From a virus (Duplodnaviria; Heunggongvirae; Uroviricota; Caudoviricetes), in IMG/VR virus record IMGVR_UViG_2909298281_000005: a stretch of DNA of 47,442 bases; one strand, 5' to 3'. The position numbers and the translations under genes were made by a program. The notes under the pieces are model-generated. The model did no database searches, was not told the DNA's origin, and saw nothing but the letters and a program-made list of their open reading frames with translations. Positions 21,808 through 32,397 of the stretch are shown here, one piece after another. How positions within the stretch are numbered: the first letter of the stretch is position 1; each line of letters starts with the position of its first letter.

Positions 21808-23316
21808 TTATTCTTCGGACTGGTCGTCGGTGTGCTGCGGCTCCTGTCGTTTCGTTGCGGCACTGCTGCCTCCTTTATCACTGGCCGGATCGGTATCAAA
21901 TACCAGATCCAGCTTGCGGTTTTCATCAATTTCGGCCTTGCGCCGACGTTTGACATCATCCGGATTACGACCACCTGCACGTACCCAGTCTGATTCTGTC
22001 GCCGCTCCACCACGAATCTGGATTTTCCAGGCCTCAGCCTCCTTAACAGGGTCAATCCACGGCATCACCGGTCCGGAATACACCGCGGTATACAGTGAAG
22101 AAAGGTCAAGATCGCGGGGTAGCCTGATAACACCGGATGCCACAGCCTGTTTCAGCCAGGCACGATACATCGGACGGGTGACGGCACCAATAAACCAGTC
22201 CTGCAGGATCAGGTAGCCATCAGTGGATTCAACCAGCTCCTGACGCTGGGCGCTGTAAGTGCCGTTATAGTTGCGCGCTGTACTGGAAAAACTCAGACGA
22301 CTGCCCGCCGCCACGGCACGCAACTGACCATTACGAAAAGTTTCAAGGTTAGGATTTGGGCGATCCGACTTCACCATTCCGATTTCTTCGCCGGGTTTCA
22401 GATCATCGTAAATAATGCCTGGCTGAATGGTAAGCTCGCGTTCCTTATCCTTGCTGCCATTACCATCCGCTTCATAGCTCTGCCCGTCGCCTTTCCGGAT
22501 GTACATCCCCAGAGCAGCGGCGATCCTTGCTGCAGTCAGCTCAGAATCTTCATACTCTTTCAGGGCACTGAGGCGGATCAGCACACCGGACAATAAAGAC
22601 GTCCCGCGCATCTGGTGCAGACGGCGAACAAATTTAAGATGCAGCATTCGCTCTGCATCCACTTCTTTGGTTTCCATCTGCCGTCCGGATACGGGACGGC
22701 TTTTATACACCAGATATTTTTCGGGACGCCCCCAGTCATCAACAAACACGCCCTGATTCAGCCTGTTGCTCTCATCACTGGTCATGGGAATAAAGTCCGG
22801 CTCGAGCGCCTCCAGCCAGAAATGAACACCGGCAGAAGGCGTCAGGCTGTTTATGCGCCCGGAAACCATCTGGGCAAACACCTCACCATCGCGCAGCCAG
22901 GTACGAAGCATCAGACGTTCCAGCATCGGACGGGTAAACTGCCCGGTGACTTCCGGGCTGACAGACCATTCACTCCATCGGGTGCGAATCTCCGCAGCCA
23001 GGTCACGGGCAATGGCCCCATTGCGTAATACCGGATGTGGCTCGACAATAATCCCGTTTTTCCCCACCACCCGTTCTTCCAGCTTGTCAAATACACCAAT
23101 AACCAGATCGTGGTTGTTATCAAGGTAACGGGCCTGCTCACGTAACGACACGGCCCCGTACTGGCTTAACTGGTCGGCAGTTCGGTTCTCCCGTCGGGCT
23201 TTGTGTGTCCGCGTCGTTTTTACGGCCTCATAAGCCTGGATCACCGCACGGGAACGCAGCCTTGCCGCTTTCCATCCTGGTGAAAAAACGCCAATCACAT
23301 CATCAAGAATTGCCAT
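21808..23316 (-). CDS. portal protein
   Basis: About 502 aa from ATG at 23316; located between W-like gene and protease as in lambda B. Confidence 0.8.
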   Translation of the reverse strand: MAILDDVIGVFSPGWKAARLRSRAVIQAYEAVKTTRTHKARRENRTADQLSQYGAVSLREQARYLDNNHDLVIGVFDKLEERVVGKNGIIVEPHPVLRNGAIARDLAAEIRTRWSEWSVSPEVTGQFTRPMLERLMLRTWLRDGEVFAQMVSGRINSLTPSAGVHFWLEALEPDFIPMTSDESNRLNQGVFVDDWGRPEKYLVYKSRPVSGRQMETKEVDAERMLHLKFVRRLHQMRGTSLLSGVLIRLSALKEYEDSELTAARIAAALGMYIRKGDGQSYEADGNGSKDKERELTIQPGIIYDDLKPGEEIGMVKSDRPNPNLETFRNGQLRAVAAGSRLSFSSTARNYNGTYSAQRQELVESTDGYLILQDWFIGAVTRPMYRAWLKQAVASGVIRLPRDLDLSSLYTAVYSGPVMPWIDPVKEAEAWKIQIRGGAATESDWVRAGGRNPDDVKRRRKAEIDENRKLDLVFDTDPASDKGGSSAATKRQEPQHTDDQSEE

Positions 23317-23534
23317 CAGAACCTCGCCAGCCGATACCCGGGATGCCCCCGTCGTCGTGTAATCAGAGCCGCAAGGCGGCGCTCCCACTCCTGCCGTCCC
23401 TGCCGGATCTCAGATAAGTTTTCCATGGTCATCTGCTGACCATTAAAGGTGACGGATTTTCCGTCCAGCACCGCCATTTCAGCTTCCGTATAACGCTGAA
23501 TCATGGCTTCGATATCATTCTGGTTCATAACCAT
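23316..23534 (-). CDS. head-tail connector, W-like
   Basis: 72-aa ORF ending ...RRRGHPGYRLARF, similar pattern to lambda W as recalled. Confidence 0.55.
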   Translation of the reverse strand: MVMNQNDIEAMIQRYTEAEMAVLDGKSVTFNGQQMTMENLSEIRQGRQEWERRLAALITRRRGHPGYRLARF

Positions 23535-25624
23535 CCTCCGGAAGTCAGCCAGGGGTTAACATCGTCAGTTACTGTTTTCTTCCGTTTTTGTTTTTTAACA
23601 GGCGTGGATACCGGTTCCGGTGAGGATGACGGTTCGGTACTGTCCGGGACACACTCCAGCCAGGTTTCCCGGCTCGCCCACTCCGGTGCATCCGGCCAGC
23701 GGATCTTTTCGTATCCATGCAGAATGACCAGAGCCTCGGCATACACCATCAGGTCAAAAGCTTCGTTGGCACCGCGACCCGGCTTACTCCATTTCCCGTC
23801 ACTGCTCCGCTCTTCATACGTCAGTTCGTCGTAAAACCAGCTCCCCAGCCAGTCAGGGAAATGCACATAGCCTGGACCTGGCGAGTCACGCCATAACGCG
23901 TTATTCACCCGGTCTTTCAGGGCATCCGTCTGAAGAAGCCAGAGCGGCACATCACCTGCGGCCTGCGCCCGGCGGCCCGTTCGTCCGGTGTTATCAGGGA
24001 ATGTACGGCTGATCAGTTTTGCGCGCCGGATGCTGTCGCCCTTAAACAGGTAAATACGTTTACCAAGGCCATCACGACGGCAACGACGCCAGAATTTATA
24101 GGCATTATCAGTGACCCCGTCTTCACCGCCGGAGTCCACCGCCATTGCCATCAGTCGCATTTGTTGAGAAGGATCGGAGGCCAGCGGCCAGCTTTTATGA
24201 AAAATATCCGTCAGCAGGACATCCCAGTCTTCCGGATAGCTGGCCGGATCAATTCGCTGGCTCTCCCCGTCGCAGTCACTGCGCAATGACTGCGTGATGT
24301 TGTAACGATCAATAATCCAGCGTTCGCCACGGCTGCCATAGCCCGTTACCTGAACCACAAAACGGCGATGACGTCCCGCCTGCACATCCACTGTCGCCAC
24401 AAGGAAATTAACGCCATCTGGCACACTGCGGGAAGGAACTGGCTCTGCCCGCTGCTCAAGCAGTTCACTTTTTCGTTGCTCCATGCTGGCGCGGGGAAGA
24501 TAAGGTAATCCCCAGTCGGTGTTGATAACCGCCCTGAGTGTTTCTTCACTTCCTGTCGCTTCATACTCCTGTTCTGCAGTCAGTAATTTGTAAACCAGTT
24601 GCGCCCAGGTCTGATACGCAGCAGCTGGCCCTTCCATCCAGAAACTGGCGATACGGGAGCGGCGCGGTTCACCGGAAACGTTGCCGTTACGATCAATGAC
24701 CTGACCTTCACGCAACCAGACTCCTGCACTATTGAGCTCACGCTTTTTCTCCGCAGTGATAATGCCGCTGCAGTGCGGGCAAAGTAGATACGCCGCCTCA
24801 CTGGCTTTAAAGGGATCCGGTTCATTACGGTAGCCGGTCATGGCATCCATAGCTGGCTGAAAATATTCACCGCAGTGCGGACATGGCCAGTACCAACGGC
24901 GGCGGTCACCACGATTGTAAAGGGAAAGAATACCAGTCGTCGGTGGCGCTTCATGAGGCGACTTACGTCGCCATTTGCTGTCGCAGATGTCACGTCCCGG
25001 CGAGCTCTCCACCAGAGTCATCCCGGCGGACATAAATGTGGTGGTACGTTTTGAGGCCAGGGAGAAACCATCACCCTCGCTGTCGATATTCTCCGGAAAA
25101 CGGTCGTAATCGGTTAAGGCGACAAACCGGTAATCCGACGACGACATAATGTTGACCGAGGGCCAACCAATTTTAAGGAACGAGCCATCCCTGAACGTCT
25201 TATCATGGACATTATTGTCGTTACGACGTGGACTCATTCTTTTCTTTACCGCCGCACTGCTTCTGAACGTTCTGTCGAGGCGCTTTTTAGAATGCTCGCG
25301 GGCCTTATCTTCGGTCATCTGCACAACGAGCATGTCCGAAGGATCGCAAACGATGGTATAGACAATCCATCCATCGATCAGACCAATGGTCTTCCCTGTT
25401 CGCGCAGGACCAACAAAAATCACCGCATCGTATTCACGCGATGCCAGGCAGTTCATGGGCTCAATGATGTAGGGTGTCAGTTCAGGATCCCATGGCACCG
25501 AGTTACCAGCCCCCTTGGGAACACGCATGAATTTTTTAACAGCCTCCGAAATCGGCATGCGACGTGGTGGGGAAAATCCTGCCGATATGTCCCTTCCCAA
25601 ATTTCGGGCTGATGAAAAACCCAT
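23525..25624 (-). CDS. terminase large subunit (GpA family)
   Basis: 699-aa ORF with Walker-A-like GPARTGKT and zinc-finger-like CPHCG...CPHC, lambda A-like architecture. Confidence 0.85.
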   Translation of the reverse strand: MGFSSARNLGRDISAGFSPPRRMPISEAVKKFMRVPKGAGNSVPWDPELTPYIIEPMNCLASREYDAVIFVGPARTGKTIGLIDGWIVYTIVCDPSDMLVVQMTEDKAREHSKKRLDRTFRSSAAVKKRMSPRRNDNNVHDKTFRDGSFLKIGWPSVNIMSSSDYRFVALTDYDRFPENIDSEGDGFSLASKRTTTFMSAGMTLVESSPGRDICDSKWRRKSPHEAPPTTGILSLYNRGDRRRWYWPCPHCGEYFQPAMDAMTGYRNEPDPFKASEAAYLLCPHCSGIITAEKKRELNSAGVWLREGQVIDRNGNVSGEPRRSRIASFWMEGPAAAYQTWAQLVYKLLTAEQEYEATGSEETLRAVINTDWGLPYLPRASMEQRKSELLEQRAEPVPSRSVPDGVNFLVATVDVQAGRHRRFVVQVTGYGSRGERWIIDRYNITQSLRSDCDGESQRIDPASYPEDWDVLLTDIFHKSWPLASDPSQQMRLMAMAVDSGGEDGVTDNAYKFWRRCRRDGLGKRIYLFKGDSIRRAKLISRTFPDNTGRTGRRAQAAGDVPLWLLQTDALKDRVNNALWRDSPGPGYVHFPDWLGSWFYDELTYEERSSDGKWSKPGRGANEAFDLMVYAEALVILHGYEKIRWPDAPEWASRETWLECVPDSTEPSSSPEPVSTPVKKQKRKKTVTDDVNPWLTSGGWL

Positions 25625-25632
25625 TATTCCTC

Positions 25633-26172
25633 CTAGAGACTCTCTCCTTCCTCATCAGGAATTAATTCAGCAGCACAAGCCTCGTAGGATTTTTCCTGAA
25701 GAGTGTATCGCAGGTCATCAATGGCCTGCTGTACAACGCCGACGGCCTGAGGAGTCAGGGCGCAATCACGTTCAAGAACATCCGGAATTGTCTCCAGAAC
25801 CTGGACGACAGCCTTTCTCATGGACGAATAGACGATGACTACTTCATCAACTGGGATGAGTTTTCGCTGCTCCTTTTCCAGCTTGATCCTTTCATTTTCA
25901 GACTGGTACCAGTCCTTTCTCTCTTTCGGCTCCATACGGGATGGATCATGAACAGAGTCTGCTGCCTCATGCTTCACACTAAACAGGGCGGGCCCGACAT
26001 GCTGCAGGGCGTAAACGGAGTTCCCCCTGACAGTCGCAGCCACAGGAGTGTTGGCCGCGAGGAGCCGTTTTTTTACTGTGTCCCGGTGAAGCCCAAAGGC
26101 CTCGGCGATTTTAAAAACACTCCAGTAATAAGCATCACCGATCCCGCTCACATTTGACATAAGCAACTCCAT
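25633..26172 (-). CDS. terminase small subunit (Nu1-like)
   Basis: 179-aa ORF immediately upstream of the large subunit gene; N-terminal HTH-like region. Confidence 0.6.
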   Translation of the reverse strand: MELLMSNVSGIGDAYYWSVFKIAEAFGLHRDTVKKRLLAANTPVAATVRGNSVYALQHVGPALFSVKHEAADSVHDPSRMEPKERKDWYQSENERIKLEKEQRKLIPVDEVVIVYSSMRKAVVQVLETIPDVLERDCALTPQAVGVVQQAIDDLRYTLQEKSYEACAAELIPDEEGESL

Positions 26173-26469
26173 CTGGCAGGTGAAAATCAGGTTTATTTAT
26201 ATATTTCAATTAATTGCAAACTAGTCTAATGACAGGGAGAAAAAAATATTGTACAGCTGAAGAGAGAAATAACTTTTAATTATCAATAAATTACCAAACA
26301 TGCTGCCGCCGCCATGGAAATGCAAAAACTAGCCTTTTTCCGCGACGCTCCCGCCCCGTGGCAGGACACACTGCCGGGAGGACCCATTAAAAACTGCTAA
26401 GCTGGGCTCGTTATGGGTAACCGGCTCATTTAAACCGTCTGGTCTGTTTCCTCCGGCTCTACAAAAATA

Positions 26470-27147
26470 ATGTCCATCATTTTTAATGGACACTATCGTA
26501 TGAAACACCGGACCTGGATCACTGAAGCTTTACGTCTTCACTTTGAAGAACATTTACCCCGGGTTGTGGCCGGGCGTCGCCTGGGTGTACCAAAATCAAC
26601 AGTTTGTAGTATGTTCGTGCGCTTTCGGAGAGCTGGCCTTTCGTGGCCTTTGCCCGCAGGCATGTCGGAGCAGGAACTTGATGCCTGCCTTTACGGACAA
26701 TTTTCCACGGTACCAGTCGTACGTCCTGAAAGCACCGTTATATCCGAAGCCCCCGTGGTAAAAAAACGTCCCCGGCGGCCCAACTTCCCTTATGAGTTTA
26801 AAATCGCCTTAGTGGAGCAGTCACTGCAGCCCGGAGCCTGTGTGGCGCAGATCGCCCGGGAAAACGGAATCAACGATAACCTGCTCTTCAACTGGCGCCA
26901 TCAATACCGGAAAGGTGGCCTGCTGCCTTCCGGAAAAAATATGCCGGCACTGCTTCCCGTGACGTTAACGCCGGAGCCGGATAATAAAATCCCGGCCCCC
27001 GCACAGGAACCAGAGCAGATAAATACACCGTCCGACAGTCTGTGTTGTGAGCTGGTTCTGCCGGCCGGAACTCTCAGGCTTAAAGGTAAACTGACGCCGG
27101 CGTTATTACAGACACTTATCCGCGAAATAAAAGGGAGCAGCCACTGA
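26470..27147 (+). CDS. IS66 accessory protein (orf1/TnpA-like); true start may be internal
   Basis: First ORF of the IS; HTH-like segments. Confidence 0.65.
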   Translation: MSIIFNGHYRMKHRTWITEALRLHFEEHLPRVVAGRRLGVPKSTVCSMFVRFRRAGLSWPLPAGMSEQELDACLYGQFSTVPVVRPESTVISEAPVVKKRPRRPNFPYEFKIALVEQSLQPGACVAQIARENGINDNLLFNWRHQYRKGGLLPSGKNMPALLPVTLTPEPDNKIPAPAQEPEQINTPSDSLCCELVLPAGTLRLKGKLTPALLQTLIREIKGSSH

Positions 27148-27494
27148 TGATATCTCTCCCTGCAGGTTCGCGTATCTGGCTGGTTGCAGGTATCACCGAT
27201 ATGCGAAATGGCTTTAACGGCCTGGCATCAAAAGTTCAGAACGTCCTGAAGGATGACCCGTTCTCCGGACACCTGTTCATCTTCCGCGGACGCCGGGGTG
27301 ACCAGATAAAAGTGTTGTGGGCTGACAGTGACGGACTGTGCCTCTTCACCAAACGCCTGGAGCGGGGCCGCTTCGTCTGGCCAGTCACCCGTGACGGCAA
27401 GGTGCACCTTACTCCGGCTCAGTTATCCATGCTTCTTGAAGGTATCAACTGGAAGCACCCGAAACGAACGGAACGCGCTGGAATCCGCATATAA
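27147..27494 (+). CDS. IS66 orf2 (TnpB-like)
   Basis: 115-aa ORF MISLPAGSRIWLVAGITDMRNGFNGL... typical of IS66 orf2. Confidence 0.85.
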   Translation: MISLPAGSRIWLVAGITDMRNGFNGLASKVQNVLKDDPFSGHLFIFRGRRGDQIKVLWADSDGLCLFTKRLERGRFVWPVTRDGKVHLTPAQLSMLLEGINWKHPKRTERAGIRI

Positions 27495-27513
27495 CCCGTT
27501 GTAAAGTGAGGAT

Positions 27514-29085
27514 ATGGACACCTCACTTGCTCATGAGAACGCCCGCCTGCGGGCACTGTTGCAGACGCAACAGGACACCATCCGCCAGATGGCTGAATAC
27601 AACCGCCTGCTCTCACAGCGGGTGGCGGCTTATGCTTCCGAAATCAACCGGCTGAAGGCGCTGGTTGCGAAACTGCAACGTATGCAGTTCGGTAAAAGCT
27701 CAGAAAAACTTCGTGCAAAAACCGAACGACAGATACAGGAAGCACAGGAGCGAATCAGCGCACTTCAGGAAGAAATGGCGGAAACGCTGGGTGAGCAATA
27801 TGACCCGGTACTGCCATCCGCCCTGCGCCAGTCTTCAGCCCGTAAACCGTTACCGGCCTCACTTCCCCGTGAAACCCGGGTTATCCGGCCGGAAGAGGAA
27901 TGCTGTCCTGCCTGTGGTGGTGAACTCAGTTCTCTGGGATGTGATGTGTCAGAGCAACTGGAGCTTATCAGCAGCGCCTTTAAGGTTATCGAAACACAAC
28001 GTCCGAAACTGGCCTGTTGCCGGTGCGACCATATCGTGCAGGCACCAGTACCTTCAAAACCCATTGCACGCAGTTATGCCGGAGCGGGGCTTCTTGCCCA
28101 TGTTGTCAGCGGGAAATATGCAGACCATCTGCCGTTATACCGCCAGTCAGAAATATACCGTCGTCAGGGAGTGGAGCTGAGCCGTGCCACACTGGGGCGC
28201 TGGACAGGTGCTGTTGCTGAACTGCTGGAGCCGCTGTATGACGTCCTGCGCCAGTATGTGCTGATGCCCGGTAAAGTCCATGCTGATGATATCCCCGTCC
28301 CGGTCCAGGAGCCGGGCAGCGGTAAAACCCGGACAGCCCGGCTGTGGGTCTACGTCCGTGATGACCGTAACGCCGGTTCACAGATGCCCCCGGCGGTCTG
28401 GTTCGCGTACAGTCCGGACCGGAAAGGTATCCATCCACAAAATCACCTGGCCGGTTACAGCGGTGTGCTTCAGGCCGATGCTTACGGTGGTTACCGGGCG
28501 TTATACGAATCCGGCAGAATAACGGAAGCCGCGTGTATGGCTCATGCCCGGAGAAAAATCCACGATGTGCATGCAAGAGCGCCCACCTACATCACCACGG
28601 AAGCCCTGCAGCGTATCGGTGAACTGTATGCCATCGAGGCAGAGGTCCGGGGCTGTTCAGCAGAACAGCGTCTGGCGGCAAGAAAAGCCAGAGCCGCGCC
28701 ACTGATGCAGTCACTGTATGACTGGATACAGCAACAGATGAAAACACTGTCGCGTCACTCAGATACGGCAAAAGCGTTCGCATACCTGCTGAAACAGTGG
28801 GATGCACTGAACGTGTACTGCAGTAATGGCTGGGTGGAAATCGACAACAACATCGCAGAGAACGCCTTACGGGGAGTGGCCGTAGGCCGGAAAAACTGGA
28901 TGTTCGCGGGTTCCGACAGCGGTGGTGAACATGCGGCGGTGTTGTACTCGCTGATCGGCACATGCCGTCTGAACAATGTGGAGCCAGAAAAGTGGCTGCG
29001 TTACGTCATTGAACATATCCAGGACTGGCCGGCAAACCGGGTACGCGATCTGTTGCCCTGGAAAGTTGATCTGAGCTCTCAGTAA
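27514..29085 (+). CDS. IS66 family transposase (orf3)
   Basis: 523-aa ORF with N-terminal coiled-coil, CPACGG zinc-finger-like motif and DDE-type core. Confidence 0.9.
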   Translation: MDTSLAHENARLRALLQTQQDTIRQMAEYNRLLSQRVAAYASEINRLKALVAKLQRMQFGKSSEKLRAKTERQIQEAQERISALQEEMAETLGEQYDPVLPSALRQSSARKPLPASLPRETRVIRPEEECCPACGGELSSLGCDVSEQLELISSAFKVIETQRPKLACCRCDHIVQAPVPSKPIARSYAGAGLLAHVVSGKYADHLPLYRQSEIYRRQGVELSRATLGRWTGAVAELLEPLYDVLRQYVLMPGKVHADDIPVPVQEPGSGKTRTARLWVYVRDDRNAGSQMPPAVWFAYSPDRKGIHPQNHLAGYSGVLQADAYGGYRALYESGRITEAACMAHARRKIHDVHARAPTYITTEALQRIGELYAIEAEVRGCSAEQRLAARKARAAPLMQSLYDWIQQQMKTLSRHSDTAKAFAYLLKQWDALNVYCSNGWVEIDNNIAENALRGVAVGRKNWMFAGSDSGGEHAAVLYSLIGTCRLNNVEPEKWLRYVIEHIQDWPANRVRDLLPWKVDLSSQ

Positions 29086-29448
29086 ATATCAATACGGTTC
29101 TGACGAGTCGCTTACCGTTATGGCAACAATTCCATACGAAGTTTTATAAGTAAGAAGTTGCATGCCATCAGGCACCACCGCTGCTGATTACGACCATCAA
29201 TGTGAACCACAACCAGCGCATCGGGTTACAGATAATTCATATGCTCAACGAGCATAAAGTTCAGAACGTTTAACTTCAGGTGCTTTGTTTTAGCCATACC
29301 GTCCGTAACAACATGATGGAAGCGGGTACTTAGAGAACACTATGGATAGAAACTTGCATTACTAATCTCACAATTTATTCATACAGTTATATGATAAATA
29401 TATTATTAGTTATAACATGTTGAAAATTCATAAAGGAGAATTACCTGT

Positions 29449-30141
29449 ATGTCTAGAGAAGGCTCGTTGGACTTATTGCAAGAAGTTGAAGAAAGTCTTG
29501 GCATAATGAGACAGACACAGCATATCAAGCCTGTAAAAGTCAAAGCTATTTTGGAAAACTTACGAAGTTCCTTAGAGTATCTCGCTAATGATACCTATGA
29601 TAAATATATTTCTCCACGCAGTAATGATGAGCGCCCCAAAATATATTTCCCTTACGGAAAAAAAGAGTTTATTGATAAATTTTTCTCAAAGACGCTAAAA
29701 ATAAACCCACCATCATCTTCTCCATTATATAAAATTTTTACTTCTATACAGGATTATCACACTGGCGAATCTTGGTTGGAAATGATGTGTAATCTCACTA
29801 ATGAAGTAAAGCACAGACAACCAATCCCCTTAAGAGAAGAGAGTTCTGTTAAAGACCTAAGTGTGAGCGTAGATGGTTTTGGTTTAATCACAGCAGGAAG
29901 CTCAGCAAAAATTCTCTTTAAAAACAACCACATCAATGACAAAAAATTAGAAGACTTTACTTTCGAAAATGGGAAATTACAAAGAAGTGGTAATGGTGTA
30001 CCTTTAAACATAGTCATTACCGAAGAGAAAAAAATAAGATTCCATGGGAATGACCATGAAGTAATTCCTTTCATTGAATCATGCCTTATTAAAATCAGAA
30101 TTTTTATTATCGAAGCCTATAATGAGTTAGATAAGATTTGA
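29449..30141 (+). CDS. hypothetical protein, AT-rich orphan gene opposite to the late operon
   Basis: 230-aa ORF with AAGGAG 8 nt upstream of ATG and AT-rich promoter-like upstream region; no recognisable domain or TM segment. Confidence 0.6.
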   Translation: MSREGSLDLLQEVEESLGIMRQTQHIKPVKVKAILENLRSSLEYLANDTYDKYISPRSNDERPKIYFPYGKKEFIDKFFSKTLKINPPSSSPLYKIFTSIQDYHTGESWLEMMCNLTNEVKHRQPIPLREESSVKDLSVSVDGFGLITAGSSAKILFKNNHINDKKLEDFTFENGKLQRSGNGVPLNIVITEEKKIRFHGNDHEVIPFIESCLIKIRIFIIEAYNELDKI

Positions 30142-30309
30142 ATTACCCCCTAAACACCACAGCAAGTGGGAATTAACCACCCTATATTAAATATCCCTTT
30201 GTGAATGTGTTAAAGCTTATCGTCACAAAGGGATGCCCATTATTAATCTCACTAGGCAATGAATTTCTAATATTAAATTTCATCGCCAGATTTTAAATTT
30301 CCTGCAACC

Positions 30310-30846
30310 TTACTGGCCATGCTCAGATGGTCTGTAACGCAACTCATCAATTTCACGAATACTCGAAAAATTATTATTTCCTTTTTCTATCAACGCCAGT
30401 AGCGGCTTAATCCACAAGACAGCTTGGCAGTAGGTCATTGAGCTGGTGGTAGCGGTACGATCATAGGCTTCATTAGGTCTGCCGGTATCGGTGTGCATGG
30501 CGCTGGCACGTAAACGGTACGTGTATTCGAGCAACCCACCAGCGATATCAGCAGGAACAGGCAGATCACAGGTTTTTTCACGGCGGAGAATCTCCCGGTA
30601 TTCGATTACGGTTTTTTCGGTGCTGGTGTCGATCAGGGAGTTAAGACTGTTGGCATGTTCTGCAACCTGATTGAATCGATTGAAGTTGAATGCCTGGGTG
30701 GCGATTACCTGCCCCAGCATAGAGTTGTCACTTCGCAGAACGTCGTTATCGCTCTGAAGATTACTGGCGTGAGAGCAACTCTTGACGAGAGCGACCGAAA
30801 GGCCAGCAATAACGACAACGCCTATAAGATCCGGATTAATTTTCAT
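30310..30846 (-). CDS. Rz-like spanin (putative i-spanin)
   Basis: ORF starting at ATG overlapping the endolysin stop (ATGA), N-terminal TM segment; position after endolysin. Confidence 0.45.
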   Translation of the reverse strand: MKINPDLIGVVVIAGLSVALVKSCSHASNLQSDNDVLRSDNSMLGQVIATQAFNFNRFNQVAEHANSLNSLIDTSTEKTVIEYREILRREKTCDLPVPADIAGGLLEYTYRLRASAMHTDTGRPNEAYDRTATTSSMTYCQAVLWIKPLLALIEKGNNNFSSIREIDELRYRPSEHGQ

Positions 30847-31385
30847 TGCTCCAGCCCCCAGCACGCCAGTGCGCTTTCCTGATCGCGCCGCTCGACCTGC
30901 CCATAACAGCCATTCTTCTGCCCTTTTGTCAGGCGGCAATCACGCCCACCATCTTTTATCCACCAGCGAATCGCCTCGCATGCCCCCTTACGATCATCGG
31001 CATTCAGCCGCTTATAAAACGTCGACGGGAAACACTTACCGGGGCCAATGTTATAGGGACAAAATGACGCTATACCCGCTTTCTGTGGTTCGGTCAGTGG
31101 CACTTTAATATTGCGCTCCACCCATGCCAGCGCCTTATCCCGTTCAATGGCGTTAACCTGGTCGCATTTTTCCTTCGACAGTTTCATACCGGGAAAAACG
31201 GGTTTTCCATCCACCACCGTGGCACCCCGACAGATGGTCCAGATGCCGGAACCATCGCGGTATGCCGTTGTGTGGTTACCTTCTTTTTCATTCAGAAACT
31301 GGTCGAGAATATCAGGCGCAGGCGCACCGACGGCAATCAGTGCCAGAACGGCAGCCGACAGGCCGTATCTGATTTTTACGTTCAT
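30843..31385 (-). CDS. SAR endolysin (lysozyme with N-terminal signal-anchor-release segment)
   Basis: 180-aa ORF; N-terminal hydrophobic RYGLSAAVLALIAVGA followed by lysozyme-like E...D...T region. Confidence 0.8.
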   Translation of the reverse strand: MNVKIRYGLSAAVLALIAVGAPAPDILDQFLNEKEGNHTTAYRDGSGIWTICRGATVVDGKPVFPGMKLSKEKCDQVNAIERDKALAWVERNIKVPLTEPQKAGIASFCPYNIGPGKCFPSTFYKRLNADDRKGACEAIRWWIKDGGRDCRLTKGQKNGCYGQVERRDQESALACWGLEQ

Positions 31386-31490
31386 GGATATTTATCAGGA
31401 TTTATCGGTTTCTGAACCCTGGATATGTTTATCTGTCCCGGCCTGTTGAATCAGGCAAGGAATAGTTAAATACAATAGAGAGGATTGTTT

Positions 31491-31763
31491 ATGGACAATA
31501 GCACCATTTCTCTACAGGAGTTGCTCGACTGCATTTCCAAGCTTCGGGATGATGTAAATGCCCTTACTGTCGCATTTTCATATCTGGCATTCTCAATTCC
31601 CAAGGAACAAATGCAACCAACACTGGCATCGCTCCAGCTTGAATCACTCAACCCCAAATGGTCCCAGCAACAACAAAATTCTTTCAAGTGGCTGGCGGTA
31701 TTACTGGAAGAAAAATATGCTGGTGAAATTACCATTTCGGCGGAGTCTTCAGAGAACCAGTAA
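31491..31763 (+). CDS. hypothetical protein (about 90 aa), convergent with the lysis genes
   Basis: ATG preceded by AGAGAGGA; sits between endolysin and the gene downstream of the holin. Confidence 0.4.
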   Translation: MDNSTISLQELLDCISKLRDDVNALTVAFSYLAFSIPKEQMQPTLASLQLESLNPKWSQQQQNSFKWLAVLLEEKYAGEITISAESSENQ

Positions 31764-32073
31764 TTCTTCCCGGTAGCTTTCCTTTGTAGGTTATCCACAC
31801 ATTCTGCGCCTCTAAAATTATGGGGCGCTTTTCCGGCGACAGCTCATCCCCTTCACATAACCCGGCAGCAACATCCAGGAAGACCTGTCTGATGCTCCTT
31901 CTGGCTGCTGCCTCATAAAACTCCAGCGCGGCACCTTCAACACGGTCCAGCGAGATGTCCAGGTCAAAAATTTCACCGTCAAAGCGTTCTTTGTCCCGTA
32001 ACGCTAAAGTTACCGTAACTTTATTCTCAAAATTGCGGATCCCTTTCACAATCAGTTCATATTTTTGAGTCAT
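31729..32073 (-). CDS. hypothetical protein between holin and endolysin (possibly YdfR-like)
   Basis: 114-aa ORF with GGAGAG upstream, 5 nt after holin stop; Qin carries ydfR at the equivalent position (from memory). Confidence 0.45.
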   Translation of the reverse strand: MTQKYELIVKGIRNFENKVTVTLALRDKERFDGEIFDLDISLDRVEGAALEFYEAAARRSIRQVFLDVAAGLCEGDELSPEKRPIILEAQNVWITYKGKLPGRITGSLKTPPKW

Positions 32074-32077
32074 TGAA

Positions 32078-32293
32078 TTACTCTCCCCGTGCAGCCTTAC
32101 GCTTGTCTTCTTTAATCTTGAAATAAAGGTTTGTCAGGTACGTCAGCAGGCCAAATACCAGGCTACCCAGCACACCTATTGCTGCCCACTGTGAGGGCGT
32201 GACTTTATCGAGCAGCTGTAAAAACCAGTAGCCAGCACTGCCTGCGGAGGTGCCGTAGGCAATGCCTGTTGAAATTTTGTCCATGGATTTCAT
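32078..32293 (-). CDS. pinholin (phage 21 S-like), dual-start MKSM
   Basis: 71 aa from [31 protein letters not shown]...; closely resembles S21 as recalled. Confidence 0.75.
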   Translation of the reverse strand: MKSMDKISTGIAYGTSAGSAGYWFLQLLDKVTPSQWAAIGVLGSLVFGLLTYLTNLYFKIKEDKRKAARGE

Positions 32294-32397
32294 AGCCTCA
32301 CCTCCGCACGGAACGGATGGCATAGTTATTATGTGTAGGCTTCCAGACACATCAATCAGAGCCTTAATTGATATATATGCTGGAGACGATGCAATAT

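Larger units (their letters stand above)
26417..29115 (+). mobile_element. IS66-family insertion sequence (about 2.7 kb) flanked by 8-bp direct repeat CGTTATGG
   Basis: Three-ORF IS66 organisation; imperfect terminal inverted repeats starting GTAACCG... (left) and GTAAGCG... (right, reverse complement); identical 8 bp at 26409-26416 and 29116-29123. Confidence 0.85.

Noticed and set aside
26470-26760. Long N-terminal extension of IS66 orf1
   Set aside because: The track ORF probably begins upstream of the true start; the extension overlaps the IS terminal repeat region, so it is kept in the feature but flagged as uncertain.
27665-28576. Alternative-frame ORFs within the IS66 transposase gene
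   Set aside because: Fully embedded in the transposase coding region in other frames or on the opposite strand.
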